64,000 bases of DNA, from the NCBI GenBank assembly GCA_041750655.1, contig JBGSYZ010000015.1, positions 7,119 through 71,118 of the forward strand. The letters are read 5' to 3'. Of this stretch, positions 36,896 to 48,000 are shown one piece after another. This DNA comes from Minisyncoccia bacterium (lineage in GTDB: Bacteria > Patescibacteriota > Minisyncoccia > Phycocordibacterales > UBA918). Made by a program: the position numbers and the translations under genes. The notes under the pieces were generated by a model that was not told the DNA's origin, made no database searches, and worked only from the letters and a program-made list of their open reading frames with translations. Positions within the stretch are counted from its first letter, which is position 1. Each line of letters opens with the position of its first letter.

Positions 36896-38836
36896 ATGGC
36901 TGAAGAGCAGAAGAAACGAGAAGAGATGGATTCGCTCCGTGAGCGGTTGTATGATCGTGGCCTAACTCCTAAGCCACACGAACGAACCGTATTACAACCA
37001 CTTGAACATAAAGACGTGCCACACTCGTGGGGCCAGCCTACGCTTGAGTCAAAAGAATTGGAAGCAAGTACTGATACGCCCGGGGTAAAGCCAGTTGGTT
37101 ATTTTAATGTACACACTATGCCTAAGAGGAAAAAGTATCGAACCATTTTTGTACTATTTGGGGTATTGTTCTTTTTGGTTACTTTAATTGTTTCCAGTAG
37201 CTATATGTTCTTGGGTGGCAATACTATTTCCAACGACAATATTTCTGTTTCAATCACTGGTCCGTTTTCAGTTGGTGGTGGGGAAGTATTACCACTTCAG
37301 ATTGGAGTAACCAACCAAAACACCTCTCCAATCAAAGCGGCTACTCTTATTGTGCGCTATCCATTAGGTACTCAATCACCAGATGAAGAAGGAAAAGAAA
37401 TCCAGCGCGAGGCTATTCCCCTCGAAAGTATTGGTGCTGGAGAAACAATCAATATTCCGGTTAGAGCCATCATATTTGGCGAAGAAGATGAAGAGAAACA
37501 AATCCAGGCTGAAGTTGAGTACCAACTCAAAGGTTCAAACGGTATTTTCTTCAAAGAAGCCGAACCTCATATTTTCAAAATAAATTCATCACCAGTGACC
37601 ATTTCTATTGAAAGTCTCAAACAAGTATCTTCTGGTCAACCGGTTGATGTCATTATGACCGTTCGTTCCAATTCAAGTACTGCTCTGCACGACCTAGTCG
37701 TGCGGGCGGAGTATCCGTTTGGTTTTGATTACACTTCGTCAAAACCAAATCCTGTTTCTGGTCAAAACGTCTGGCTTATTCCTGAACTCAAGCCAGATGA
37801 ATCTTTCAGTATCAATGCTCGAGGGGTTGTGTCAGGTACCAAAAGTGATGAGCGTATCGTTCGAGCTTCGGTTGGGGTAGCTAACGACACCAATGCGTAT
37901 CGCTTAGCGTCGATTTTTAGCTCCTCAGATTTTCAATACGAATTTGAACAAGAATTCTTGGCATTTGATGTTCGTATAAATGGCAACACCAGTGATACAG
38001 TCGTGGTTGATAGAGGTGATCAGGTACAAGTACGAGTGGATTTTACCAATCCACTTGAAGACGCTATTTATGATGCTTCACTCGAAATTGGTCTAACCGG
38101 GACTGCTCTTGATGAAGGACGTGTAAAAGTACAAAACGGTTTTTATGATTCAATTAAGAATGCTATTTTATACGATCGAACTACCAATGGTGCTTTAGAA
38201 AAAATATTACCAGGTAAAACGGTCCAATTAGCCTTTTCCATGGACTCCGACGCTTTTGTTACCCAAACTCCAGAAATAAATTTAATAATTGATGGTAAAG
38301 CGGCTCGAGTGCAAGAAAGTAACGTACCAGAAACCTTGAAGGGTAATGATACTCGTACTATCAAGTTCGCGAGTCAGGTTAATCTACTGTCTAGCATCAC
38401 TCCGCAAAGTGGACTGATTCCGCCAGTAGCAGAAAAACTTACTCAATACACGGTAGCGATGCGTATAGAAAGCGGAACCAATGACCTTATTAATGGCGAA
38501 GTGACAGCGAGCTTACCAAACTATGTATCGTGGCTTGATTTAACAAGTGGTGATGGTAGGGTAGAGTTTCGTCCGAGTAGTCGCACGGTGATTTGGGATG
38601 TTGGCAATATCGACAATAACGACTCCGCTACTATGACATTTACGATCGGTTTCTTACCGAGTATTTCCCAAGTCGGGGAAACTCCAACCTTGGTCAGTAA
38701 CCAAAACTTTAAAGCTACTGATCGATTTACCGGCACGATTATCCGCGACAGTACTGCCGCGCTTACGACAATTTTGTCCCCAGAAACTGGCTATGGTCAG
38801 AAGAGTGGCGAAGTCAGACGGACGGAAAATGATTAA
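36896..38836 (+). CDS. Single-TM protein with tandem Ig-like/DUF11-like extracellular domains
   Basis: One TM near aa 85-105, then beta-rich repeats; CPR-typical architecture. Confidence 0.65.
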   Translation: MAEEQKKREEMDSLRERLYDRGLTPKPHERTVLQPLEHKDVPHSWGQPTLESKELEASTDTPGVKPVGYFNVHTMPKRKKYRTIFVLFGVLFFLVTLIVSSSYMFLGGNTISNDNISVSITGPFSVGGGEVLPLQIGVTNQNTSPIKAATLIVRYPLGTQSPDEEGKEIQREAIPLESIGAGETINIPVRAIIFGEEDEEKQIQAEVEYQLKGSNGIFFKEAEPHIFKINSSPVTISIESLKQVSSGQPVDVIMTVRSNSSTALHDLVVRAEYPFGFDYTSSKPNPVSGQNVWLIPELKPDESFSINARGVVSGTKSDERIVRASVGVANDTNAYRLASIFSSSDFQYEFEQEFLAFDVRINGNTSDTVVVDRGDQVQVRVDFTNPLEDAIYDASLEIGLTGTALDEGRVKVQNGFYDSIKNAILYDRTTNGALEKILPGKTVQLAFSMDSDAFVTQTPEINLIIDGKAARVQESNVPETLKGNDTRTIKFASQVNLLSSITPQSGLIPPVAEKLTQYTVAMRIESGTNDLINGEVTASLPNYVSWLDLTSGDGRVEFRPSSRTVIWDVGNIDNNDSATMTFTIGFLPSISQVGETPTLVSNQNFKATDRFTGTIIRDSTAALTTILSPETGYGQKSGEVRRTEND

Positions 38837-38852
38837 CTAACCTTAAGATTTT

Positions 38853-40235
38853 ATGGCAGATAAAGATGACACAATGGAGAAGATTGTTGCGCTCTGTAAG
38901 CGCCGGGGTTTTGTGTTTCAGGGGAGTGAGATTTATGGTGGTCTTCGTGGTACGTGGGATTTTGGTCCACTCGGGGTAGTGCTCAACAACAACATCAAGC
39001 GTGAATGGTGGAAGATGTTTGTCGAAAGTCGCGAGGATATGTACGGTCTGGATGCTGCTATCATCATGAATGCCAAAGTGTGGGAAGCGTCAGGTCACAC
39101 AGGGGCGGGTTTTTGTGACCCGTTAGTAGAAGATGTCGAAACTGGTGAACGTTACCGAGCTGATCATCTTTTAAAAGATATTGGTGTAAATGCTGATGGT
39201 TTGGCTCTCGAGGAAATAGACGCCATAATCCGCGAGGAAGGAATCAAAAGTCCAAAAGGTAATGATTTGTCTGAAGCAAGACAATTTAATCTCATGTTTG
39301 AAAGTAGAGTTGGTGCAACAGCCGGAGACGAGGGGAAGGTATATCTTCGGCCAGAGACGGCACAGGGAATTTTTGTAAACTTTAAAAATGTAGTCGATTC
39401 AATGTCACCTAAGATGCCGTTTGGTATCGCTCAGATAGGAAAAGCGTTTCGTAACGAAATCGCTCCTCGCGAGTTTCTTTTTCGCGTGCGGGAATTTGAA
39501 CAGATGGAAATTGAGTACTTTGTGAAAGAGGCAGAATGGGAAACTGAGTTTGAAAAACTCCGCCAAGATATTGTGAAGTGGCACGAGCACCTTGGGCTTT
39601 CCAGTGAAAACATTCGCGAGTTTGAGGTGCCGGAAAATGACCTAGCCCATTATTCTAAACGAACCATTGATTTTGAATACAATTATCCGGGTAAAGGCTT
39701 TGATGAGCTAGCGGGGTTTGCGTATCGAACTGACCACGATCTAAAAAACCACATGGAGGCTAGCGGAGTTTCTATGGAATACATTGAACCAGATGGTTCG
39801 CGCTTTATTCCACACGTACTGGAACCTTCTTTCGGCGTTGGCCGCGCCCTCACTGCCGTACTGTGTGAAGCCTACACTGAGGACGAAATGGGTGGGGAAG
39901 TACGAACGTATCTGAAGTTACCGGCTCACTTGGCCCCGTACCGCGTAGCGGTCTCACCACTACTGCGCAATAAACCACAGCTCGTAGAGAAAGCGCGCGA
40001 AGTTTTTACTATGCTCAAAGCTGAGTTTGGTAACGTGGCGTGGGATGATAATGGTAATGTTGGAAAACGTTACCGCCGCCAAGACGAAATCGGTACGCCG
40101 CACTGCATTGTGATTGATTTTGAAACGTTAGGTGAAGAACAGCCAGATCTAAAAGATACCGTTACAGTTCGTGACCGTGATACAGGCGAGCAGACACGTC
40201 TAGTAATTGCTGAGTTGGTAAACTATCTGAAGTAG
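38853..40235 (+). CDS. glyQS: Glycine--tRNA ligase (alpha2, GlyQS type)
   Basis: LCKRRGF, YLRPETAQG, GKAFRNEI, FEQME, GKRYRRQDEIGTP. Confidence 0.95.
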   Translation: MADKDDTMEKIVALCKRRGFVFQGSEIYGGLRGTWDFGPLGVVLNNNIKREWWKMFVESREDMYGLDAAIIMNAKVWEASGHTGAGFCDPLVEDVETGERYRADHLLKDIGVNADGLALEEIDAIIREEGIKSPKGNDLSEARQFNLMFESRVGATAGDEGKVYLRPETAQGIFVNFKNVVDSMSPKMPFGIAQIGKAFRNEIAPREFLFRVREFEQMEIEYFVKEAEWETEFEKLRQDIVKWHEHLGLSSENIREFEVPENDLAHYSKRTIDFEYNYPGKGFDELAGFAYRTDHDLKNHMEASGVSMEYIEPDGSRFIPHVLEPSFGVGRALTAVLCEAYTEDEMGGEVRTYLKLPAHLAPYRVAVSPLLRNKPQLVEKAREVFTMLKAEFGNVAWDDNGNVGKRYRRQDEIGTPHCIVIDFETLGEEQPDLKDTVTVRDRDTGEQTRLVIAELVNYLK

Positions 40236-40241
40236 ATACAC

Positions 40242-40272
40242 AAAACGCCGGGCCCACAGGGCCCGGCGTTTT
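40242..40272. terminator. Bidirectional GC palindrome terminator
   Basis: aaaacgccgggccc-aca-gggcccggcgtttt. Confidence 0.75.
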
Positions 40273-40281
40273 CTTGTGTAT

Positions 40282-42858
40282 CTACTGTATTCCGGAGGCA
40301 GTGAACGTTGGTGAAAGCGGTTGTAGTGCTATACCGTCATACCCAACTATTCCAGTGTCTTGTACCGGGTAGTTTTTCCAGGTTTCGAGTAACTCATCAA
40401 TGGGGTTTTGAACTGAGGTGTAGGACATCTGAGCTCCGCCACGACCAAAAATTACTTTGTCACCATCCTTAAATGGTGTAGTTGGAGTAATTCTTACAAT
40501 CCCAGCGTTTTGGTCCTGCCAAACGGCTGTAAATCCAGAATGGGTCCAGCCAGCACCCTGGTTAATCTCAAAACCAAGTACTTCTGTGAAGTACGACTTT
40601 GAAGTATCAAGCGGTGCATCACCTCGCTTTAGACGTGGAGTTGTAAAAGTCCCGGCATTATTAGACGTAACATTTACGTCAGCATAACTACCATCAACAC
40701 TCCATGTTGTGCTTGTGAATGCAGGTTGTGTGTAATCAACATAACCCAATGGTTCAAGTACAGCTACTGCCATGTGGCGAGCAACAAGTAAAAGACCATC
40801 ATAATTGTTGTCTCGTGGGTGTGAGTAATCTATAAGTTTTCCAGTACTGTTGAATTCTCCTATGGCATGATAAGTAACAAGGCGATTCCATGGTAGTGAG
40901 AACGATTGTACTCGAGGATCTGCAAAGAAGTTTTCTAAAGTCTGATTGATTCGCTCCACGTTTACCATATTGAAGTTTACACCTCCAGCCACTAGATCAG
41001 TGGCGTTTTTCATGTCACCTGTAGTCGGCAGGAATCGATTGGGACCAAATTCTAGGTATTTAGTGCGACTGCGGCTGAATATACCCCGACCTGGGTCATT
41101 AGGGTCAGCAGTAGTGACGTCCCAGAGGCAGTGATCTACATTGCCGCCACGAACGTTTTTGGTGCCGAGGGTAAATGGCGTACCATCCCAATTCTCGCAC
41201 ATAGTAAACGGACTGTACCATAGAGGGAAGTTGTACCCAGCTGATTTATCAGCTGCCCACCAACTAGTAGCCATGATACCGATTTCAGAACCTCGGGAAC
41301 GTACCCAGTTCACCGTATCTTCTAAGTGGGTCCAGCGACGCTTAGTATCACTATCATTCATCAAACTACCTCGACTTGTACCTGAGTGCATAAAGTCAAC
41401 GAACATAAATTTATGTCCAGGAGCATTTTGGTAGAGAATGTTAGAGAGCTGGGCCATACTAGCAGTAAGGTTGTTTCCATTTTTAACATTGTGATAGAGA
41501 AGTTGAGCAGTAGGCGCAGTATCATTCACTACGTATAGCACTTGTAGTGTGTCGTCGTTTAATACTGGCATCGCTCCATTAGCAGCGATGAAGTTTCTAT
41601 TCTGATATGTATTGAGCATGTGTTGAAACTCTGACTGACTCAGCATGCCAAAGATTGTACCCGGCGAGAAAGTGTTCGTTCCTGAAGTGAAGACAGTTGG
41701 ATTGGCAGCCAATCGAACACTTACAGTACGCCATGGCGCACCATCAATATTAGTTACTATAAGTGAACCGCTCCAGTTACCGGTTGCGTCAGTGGTCGCA
41801 ACTACGTTCCAGTTACCAGTGCCAGGGTCGTATCCTTCGATTACGTCTCCGGCTGTCGCAGTACCACTAATCGGGACGAGGGCAGTATTTCCTCCATTAA
41901 CCTTATCGATATCGTAAATCATTCGATCTTGAGGAATATCAATGAGTGTCAGGGTTGTGTTAGTTGAAGTGCCGGTTGATACGATGGTAAAGCCACTCAC
42001 CACCAACGCAGCAGACACATTACCCGCTGCATCAGTCACCGTCAGCGAACAATCGCTATACGTACCAACTGCCAGTGGCCCGAAAGTTATCGTTGTGTTG
42101 CCTGTATTCACAGAAGTTATCGGGGCTCCGCATGAGCCAGCGAATGTCACTGTACCGGCTTCATCGGTACTAAAAGTATAATCAGGAGTAGTGTCAGTGG
42201 TCGTAGCTGCGACTGGAGTGACTTCCGCTAGGACTGGGGCGGTGGTGTCGGTTGGGGGTGTTCCTACATCCGTGACCGCACCGTATTGCAGTTTAGTGTT
42301 CCAGGTGGTGGCGCTACCATTTTCATAAAAGATCGATGTGCCATTTGCATCTTGGTAGTCGATGCTATCGACCACGAAGGCGCCTGACTTGTTGAAGTTG
42401 GTCGTGTTTGCTGAGTTGATGAGTTTTGGCAAGAGTACAGAGTTACCAGTCATGGTCCTGCTCGCTAGGATTGCCCCATCAGCAGTAATAGTAAGGAGAC
42501 TAGGAGTCGCTGCAACCGTGAGATTAAATGGTCCGGTTGGAATGGCTGCTGCAACAACCACCACATCAGCCTGCCTGACCTTGTTTGCATCAGCAATACG
42601 CACCCGCAACCGCCCATCGGCTAGGGTACTTATATACGTGTCAAAGTTGTTTGATGCCAAAAAAGTGTCCTGACCAGTGGTGGGAATGAGACCGTTGAAC
42701 GTAATGGTAAAACCAGCAGTACTGCCAGGGTTTACCGTAATGACGTCGCCATTATCGAAGGCAACGGCGGCATTTGCCGTATTTGTGTAGCTGGCAAGTA
42801 CGCCAACACTGAACGTAATTACGAGTAAAATGCTTAAGAGTTTGTAAAACATATGCAT
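40282..42858 (-). CDS. Large secreted protein: Ig-like domain plus SGNH-like hydrolase domain
   Basis: Signal peptide; DTTAP..VTDAAGN Ig motif; GMLSQSE, HSGTS and DYSHP SGNH-like blocks. Confidence 0.6.
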   Translation of the reverse strand: MHMFYKLLSILLVITFSVGVLASYTNTANAAVAFDNGDVITVNPGSTAGFTITFNGLIPTTGQDTFLASNNFDTYISTLADGRLRVRIADANKVRQADVVVVAAAIPTGPFNLTVAATPSLLTITADGAILASRTMTGNSVLLPKLINSANTTNFNKSGAFVVDSIDYQDANGTSIFYENGSATTWNTKLQYGAVTDVGTPPTDTTAPVLAEVTPVAATTTDTTPDYTFSTDEAGTVTFAGSCGAPITSVNTGNTTITFGPLAVGTYSDCSLTVTDAAGNVSAALVVSGFTIVSTGTSTNTTLTLIDIPQDRMIYDIDKVNGGNTALVPISGTATAGDVIEGYDPGTGNWNVVATTDATGNWSGSLIVTNIDGAPWRTVSVRLAANPTVFTSGTNTFSPGTIFGMLSQSEFQHMLNTYQNRNFIAANGAMPVLNDDTLQVLYVVNDTAPTAQLLYHNVKNGNNLTASMAQLSNILYQNAPGHKFMFVDFMHSGTSRGSLMNDSDTKRRWTHLEDTVNWVRSRGSEIGIMATSWWAADKSAGYNFPLWYSPFTMCENWDGTPFTLGTKNVRGGNVDHCLWDVTTADPNDPGRGIFSRSRTKYLEFGPNRFLPTTGDMKNATDLVAGGVNFNMVNVERINQTLENFFADPRVQSFSLPWNRLVTYHAIGEFNSTGKLIDYSHPRDNNYDGLLLVARHMAVAVLEPLGYVDYTQPAFTSTTWSVDGSYADVNVTSNNAGTFTTPRLKRGDAPLDTSKSYFTEVLGFEINQGAGWTHSGFTAVWQDQNAGIVRITPTTPFKDGDKVIFGRGGAQMSYTSVQNPIDELLETWKNYPVQDTGIVGYDGIALQPLSPTFTASGIQ

Positions 42859-43009
42859 AGGGTAGGGTTGAGTTTATTGGATAAAGTCAGTTCCGGATCC
42901 AAATATATAGTAATTACCTGAAAAGTAAATCTTTTTGAGTAGTTGTCTTTCCTCGTCTCCAACGTAAAATAAGGTTATTCTGGCTTTGAACAGTAGAAGG
43001 AGGTATAAA

Positions 43010-43357
43010 ATGGCTGATTCAGTAAAAGTGTACACGGCGGTTGATGGCTTCCTGTGCCAACAAGGCTATCACGCTCATCTGAAGCGAAAGACGGTTGACG
43101 AGCACTGGCTACAACACACCATCGCCGAACTCAATGCTTGCGCCTGCGCGTGTTTTGGAAAGGGTTGTTGTATGCAAACGTACTTCACCAACCCGTTTGC
43201 AGCTATTGGCAATATCCCGGGCTGGAGCAGCGCGCATGAAGCTGAAACGCTTAAAGCCGGCGGTTTCCTCACACGGGAAGCTGAAGAGACATTAAGACCA
43301 GGGTCGCTTCCGGCGCTTCTTCTTGTCTTGGTTTTTAGGCCTACTGTGATACAGTAA
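43010..43357 (+). CDS. Hypothetical Cys-rich protein (SD-led)
   Basis: AAGGAGGT SD before ATG 43010; CACACFGKGCC. Confidence 0.5.
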   Translation: MADSVKVYTAVDGFLCQQGYHAHLKRKTVDEHWLQHTIAELNACACACFGKGCCMQTYFTNPFAAIGNIPGWSSAHEAETLKAGGFLTREAEETLRPGSLPALLLVLVFRPTVIQ

Positions 43358-43364
43358 TTTTACT

Positions 43365-44804
43365 ATGAGCGAAGAAAATACTCAGAAAAAGGCCCGCTAT
43401 ATAACTACCACTTTGCCGTATGTAAACGCTGACCCACACATTGGTTTTGCGCTGGAGTTTGTGCAGGCTGACACTTTGGCTCGCTACTGGCGACTGATTG
43501 GTCACGAAGTTTTTTTCAATACTGGTACTGATGAGCATGGTCAAAAAATAGCCGAGAAAGCCGACGCCGCTGGACAAGATAGACAAGCATATGTCGACCA
43601 TTACGCCGAACAATTTAATAAACTCAAAGGGGCACTCAATTTATCGTACGATAAATTTATTCGTACGACTGATGAAGCACACAAGCAGGCGGCACAGGAG
43701 ATTTGGAAACGGTGTGCTGCTCAAGGTGATATTGGTAAAAAGACTTACTCCGGATTATATTGCGTTGGAGACGAAATGTTTTTACGCGACACAGACCTAG
43801 TAAATGGTCGTTGCCCTAATCACCCCAATGTTGACCCTATACAGGTTGAAGAGGAAAATTATTACTTCAAACTTTCAAATTACGAAGAGTACCTGATTGA
43901 GTATCTATCTGATGAGTCGGTGATTATTCCTGATTGGCAACGGGCATGGGCTTTGGATTTTGTTAAAGCTGGGTTAGGTGATTTAAGCATCTCCCGTCCG
44001 AAATCTCGGGTTAATTGGGGAGTGCCGGTCCCTGGAGATGACGATCATGTAATGTACGTCTGGTTTGATGCTCTGACAAATTACATTTCCACTCTGGGCT
44101 GGCCAAATGAGAACGGTGATTTTAAAAAGTTTTGGGTTGAGGGAGAGACAGTGCAAGTGGCGGGGAAAGATCAAGTGAGATTCCAATCAATTATCTGGCA
44201 AGCTATGCTTAAAAGTGCTGGCTTACCGGCCACCGATGTTGTGTCGTACCACGGCTTTATCAATAGCGGGGGACATAAGATGAGCAAGTCACTCGGGAAT
44301 GTAATATCTCCCTATGAGCTCGTAGAAAAATACGGTACTGATGCTACTAGGTATTTGTTGCTACGACACGTTCATCCTACCGAGGATTCTGACCTAACTT
44401 GGGAGAAGATGGATGAGTACTACACCGCTAATTTAGTTAATGGATTGGGGAACGTAACGGCTCGGATTTTAAAAATGTGTGAAACTCATCTCGAACCCTT
44501 TAACTTTGAACCAATCGACCCTACTCAGTTTGAGGGGCCGATGATTCTAAATTTCCAACAAGCCATGGATCATATCTGGGATAAGATTCAGCGAATGGAT
44601 GAAATCATTGCCGAAACTGAGCCGTTTAAACTTATCAAAACCGATCCAGAAATAGCTAAAAATATCTTAGTTGACTTACGAGAACAACTTATGCACGTTG
44701 GTCGTTTATTACTGCCGTGCATGCCAGAAACCTCAAAAACTATTCGGGCAGCAGTGCGAGCCAACCGGAAGCCGGACAATCTTTTTAAACGGTTGGAAGA
44801 ATAG
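43365..44804 (+). CDS. metG: Methionine--tRNA ligase
   Basis: YVNADPHIG, TGTDEHG, YVWFDAL, KMSKSLGN. Confidence 0.95.
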   Translation: MSEENTQKKARYITTTLPYVNADPHIGFALEFVQADTLARYWRLIGHEVFFNTGTDEHGQKIAEKADAAGQDRQAYVDHYAEQFNKLKGALNLSYDKFIRTTDEAHKQAAQEIWKRCAAQGDIGKKTYSGLYCVGDEMFLRDTDLVNGRCPNHPNVDPIQVEEENYYFKLSNYEEYLIEYLSDESVIIPDWQRAWALDFVKAGLGDLSISRPKSRVNWGVPVPGDDDHVMYVWFDALTNYISTLGWPNENGDFKKFWVEGETVQVAGKDQVRFQSIIWQAMLKSAGLPATDVVSYHGFINSGGHKMSKSLGNVISPYELVEKYGTDATRYLLLRHVHPTEDSDLTWEKMDEYYTANLVNGLGNVTARILKMCETHLEPFNFEPIDPTQFEGPMILNFQQAMDHIWDKIQRMDEIIAETEPFKLIKTDPEIAKNILVDLREQLMHVGRLLLPCMPETSKTIRAAVRANRKPDNLFKRLEE

Positions 44805-44821
44805 TGATAGAATATTCCCAT

Positions 44822-45517
44822 ATGATGATTAACCAAAAATACCAGGATATCCTGACTAATGATGAGCGAGCGACAGTCGTTGCTAAGGAGATTTTAGAAA
44901 AGGGGCACATTGAGTTAAAAGATTTTCTTAGCTCGGAGGCTTGGAATAAGCTAAAAAACTTTGCGGAAGAGAAGAGGGAACAAGCTGTGTCTGGATTTGA
45001 TGGGGGTATGAGTCTTGGAAAGGGTAAGGATCTTGAAGGAACCTTTGGCCACGAGTTTGGTCATTCTGAAGAAATACTACAGTTTTGCGAGAAAGTGCAT
45101 CAGGCCCGACAGAAACTGGAAGGGAAAAAACCAACAACCCTTGACCCAGCCAAACACGTAATTGGTTTTCCGTACAAAGACGCGCGCGGTGGGGCCAAAA
45201 CAGTACCGACTCCGTATCACTTTGACGGAGCCTACATTAACATCCTTATTCCCATTATTTTGCCTGAGGATCAAATCAAGAGCGGTGGTAGTTTGACCGT
45301 ATTCCCGAACATTCGTAAAAAGTACGGCACCACTCTTTCAAAATTTTTGTGTCGCGGCCTTCGCCACTCATCGTTCCTTCGTAAACTCTTTGGTGCGAAG
45401 ACGGTAGTGTACACAGTTGGTTCGGCGCATATTTTCTTTGGTGATATTAGTTTTCACGGGGTAGAACCAATTACTGGCGGTGAGCGCTTGGTGATGACTA
45501 TTAACTCGCATTGGTAG
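44822..45517 (+). CDS. 2OG-Fe(II) oxygenase-like protein
   Basis: YHFD..GGSL..FHGV..R double-stranded beta-helix signature. Confidence 0.6.
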   Translation: MMINQKYQDILTNDERATVVAKEILEKGHIELKDFLSSEAWNKLKNFAEEKREQAVSGFDGGMSLGKGKDLEGTFGHEFGHSEEILQFCEKVHQARQKLEGKKPTTLDPAKHVIGFPYKDARGGAKTVPTPYHFDGAYINILIPIILPEDQIKSGGSLTVFPNIRKKYGTTLSKFLCRGLRHSSFLRKLFGAKTVVYTVGSAHIFFGDISFHGVEPITGGERLVMTINSHW

Positions 45518-45574
45518 AGCTTAGTTTTAAGGCCGGCGCCGTAGGCGCCGGCCTTTCGTGGTATATTTCTCTTG

Positions 45575-46396
45575 ATGACTTTTAAATACATCGACACCCA
45601 CGCGCACCTTAATCTCGCCCAGTTTGCTAACGATACAGAGGCGGTAATAACCAAAAACCACGAAGTGGGCGTGGCGGTTATTAATGTGGGGACTCGCAAG
45701 GAAACCAGTCAATTGGCGGTGGATATTGCCCGCGAGCACCCTGAGAATTGGGCGATAGTCGGTATTCACCCGCTTAACGTAGTGGAAGCTGATCCTGATG
45801 ACCACGGCGCTACTCAGCCAGAAAACAAACTTGATTACGAGTTTTATAAAACCTTAGCGCTTGATGAAAAAGTAGTCGGTATCGGGGAATGTGGTTTTGA
45901 TTATTTTCATAATAGTGATGAGACCTACGAGCTACAGCGAGAAGTGTTTGTGGCGCAGATTGCGCTCGCCAACGAAGCAGGGAAACCACTGATGCTTCAT
46001 TTGCGCAACAGTAAAGACGGGCAGGGAAGGAATGCGTATGATGATGCTTTAGAAATTTTAAAAAGCGAGGCCAAAGTGCCCGGTAACGCTCACTTCTACG
46101 CTGGCACAGCCGAGCAGGCCAAAGCTTTTTTTGAACTTGGGTACACCATCTCTTTTACCGGGGTAATTACGTTTGCCAAAGACTACGAACAACTCGTGAA
46201 AGACGTGCCGCTCAATATGATTCACGCTGAGACGGACTGCCCGTATGTGGCACCTAAGCCCTATCGTGGTCAGCGTTGTGAACCCCACATGGTTATTGAA
46301 ATATATAAAAAGATAGCGGAAATAAAGAATTTAGATGAAGAATTAGTACGTGAACAACTAATAAAAAACGCACAGAAGTTGTATAGCTTTGCTTAA
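45575..46396 (+). CDS. tatD: TatD-family DNase
   Basis: IDTHAHL, GIHP, IGECGFDY, ETDCPY. Confidence 0.92.
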   Translation: MTFKYIDTHAHLNLAQFANDTEAVITKNHEVGVAVINVGTRKETSQLAVDIAREHPENWAIVGIHPLNVVEADPDDHGATQPENKLDYEFYKTLALDEKVVGIGECGFDYFHNSDETYELQREVFVAQIALANEAGKPLMLHLRNSKDGQGRNAYDDALEILKSEAKVPGNAHFYAGTAEQAKAFFELGYTISFTGVITFAKDYEQLVKDVPLNMIHAETDCPYVAPKPYRGQRCEPHMVIEIYKKIAEIKNLDEELVREQLIKNAQKLYSFA

Positions 46397-46496
46397 AATC
46401 AACAAACGTCACTAATACAAGCAGTGTCTAATACGCTGTGAGTGCAATTTGTTGAATTGCAATAAAGTAATAAAGTAGCTATGTGGCTTGGTATTT

Positions 46497-46916
46497 TTAT
46501 AACCAAAAGATGGCATACAACACCATCGGCACCACCCACGTCAACCAATCAGCGATACCTTTACCACGGGTTTGCTGAAAACGCATTGGATGTGAAAAAA
46601 ATTCTTGGATAAATAACGCTAAAATAGCGACACCTAAAAGTACATAGAGTGCTACTTCACTACCAAAGAGCTTTTGAGAAATAAGGGTTGAAAACACAAT
46701 GAATATAACAGAGCCAATAAAGTGCCACGCTCCGCGATAAAATTGTAATTTATACCCAAGCCGGTTTGGACCGTATGTTTCAATAGCTTTTTCCACCGCT
46801 TGCATATATGACTCACGGCCACGCACAAACCGACCTTCAATTTCTGAGGCAAAAGGGTAGAGTCGGTCCGGAATGGACTCACAATATAGGTATATTTTTT
46901 TAAACCAAGCTTTCAT
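46497..46916 (-). CDS. Hypothetical membrane protein
   Basis: Three hydrophobic segments; H..G, QE and KG..D pattern. Confidence 0.6.
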   Translation of the reverse strand: MKAWFKKIYLYCESIPDRLYPFASEIEGRFVRGRESYMQAVEKAIETYGPNRLGYKLQFYRGAWHFIGSVIFIVFSTLISQKLFGSEVALYVLLGVAILALFIQEFFSHPMRFQQTRGKGIADWLTWVVPMVLYAIFWL

Positions 46917-46968
46917 ACTTAGTATTGTACCCTACCATTATTTAATAAATCACGTAACAGTTTAAAAC

Positions 46969-47904
46969 TTAATCAAAAATAGAGATCAGGTACTCATCAA
47001 TTTTTCGTTGTTCCCAATCGTAGAAGTGAGCGTCATCTTTTCGCAAATCATTAGCCAGGTCGGTGCCCACAAAACGCCAGTGCCAAGGTTCAAAAATGTA
47101 ATAACCATTTTCTTCTGGGTAAGAAAGGGTAAAACCATATTTGTAAGCATTTTTAACTAACCAATCATATGCTGCGGTATTTTCAAAACCAGTTAAACCA
47201 CCGTTGATACCACTAGTAGTAAAATCAATGGTGGTACCAAGTTGATGCTCAGAGTAGCCTTGATCGGCGGAGAATGTATTGGCACCACTACCAAAGGTAG
47301 TAGTGTAGTCGCCCTTAAGTTGGGCTTGCATATCAAATGAACGATAGGCTGATATTACCCACAGATCCACTCCATCTTTTTTGGCTGCTTTTACCATCTT
47401 TTCAAAGTACGGCAAAACTTTACTATGAAGGAAGAATGTTCGACTTTCATCATACTTCCACTCGTTGTCTATTTCTTTCAGACTTTCTGGCACATAATGT
47501 TCGTTTAGGAAATATACTTTGGAGTATTTCTGGAGAAGTTCTTTGTCGGTTTTAGAAAGTTTATCGAGCACTCCGACAGTACCAGCTATATCTTTTATCT
47601 GGTCCTCAAAACCATCGTTTTTGTTTTTTTCATCTCGAAGTTCGTCTTTTAGATTATCTTTGTCTCCCTCAAGGTCAGCCACCACTTCTTCTAATGAAGC
47701 AATAGTAGTGGTAGCGGTCAACAAAGCCATAGTAGTAGAAGCAAGAGTAGTCGAAATAGAGTCATTTTCTTCTATCAAGGCAGCTTTGTCTGCTTCCAGT
47801 TTTTGGTTTTCAGTATACTGGTACACATTGCCACCAACAGCTGCGGTAAGCGCGACCAATAGAACAAAAAGTATCAAAAAGTAGTATTGTGTAATAAACC
47901 GCAT
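46969..47904 (-). CDS. M15B/VanY-like D,D-carboxypeptidase with coiled-coil stalk
   Basis: SAYRS..Q, SEHQLGTTID, EPWHWRFVG. Confidence 0.88.
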   Translation of the reverse strand: MRFITQYYFLILFVLLVALTAAVGGNVYQYTENQKLEADKAALIEENDSISTTLASTTMALLTATTTIASLEEVVADLEGDKDNLKDELRDEKNKNDGFEDQIKDIAGTVGVLDKLSKTDKELLQKYSKVYFLNEHYVPESLKEIDNEWKYDESRTFFLHSKVLPYFEKMVKAAKKDGVDLWVISAYRSFDMQAQLKGDYTTTFGSGANTFSADQGYSEHQLGTTIDFTTSGINGGLTGFENTAAYDWLVKNAYKYGFTLSYPEENGYYIFEPWHWRFVGTDLANDLRKDDAHFYDWEQRKIDEYLISIFD

Positions 47905-48000
47905 GAGACTCTATTGTACCTTTAAATTCGGTAAGAGAAATGCTTGCTGGGGCTAAAAATGTGTGGTAGCGTAAGCGCGTTATCAGTTAAGACATCAATA

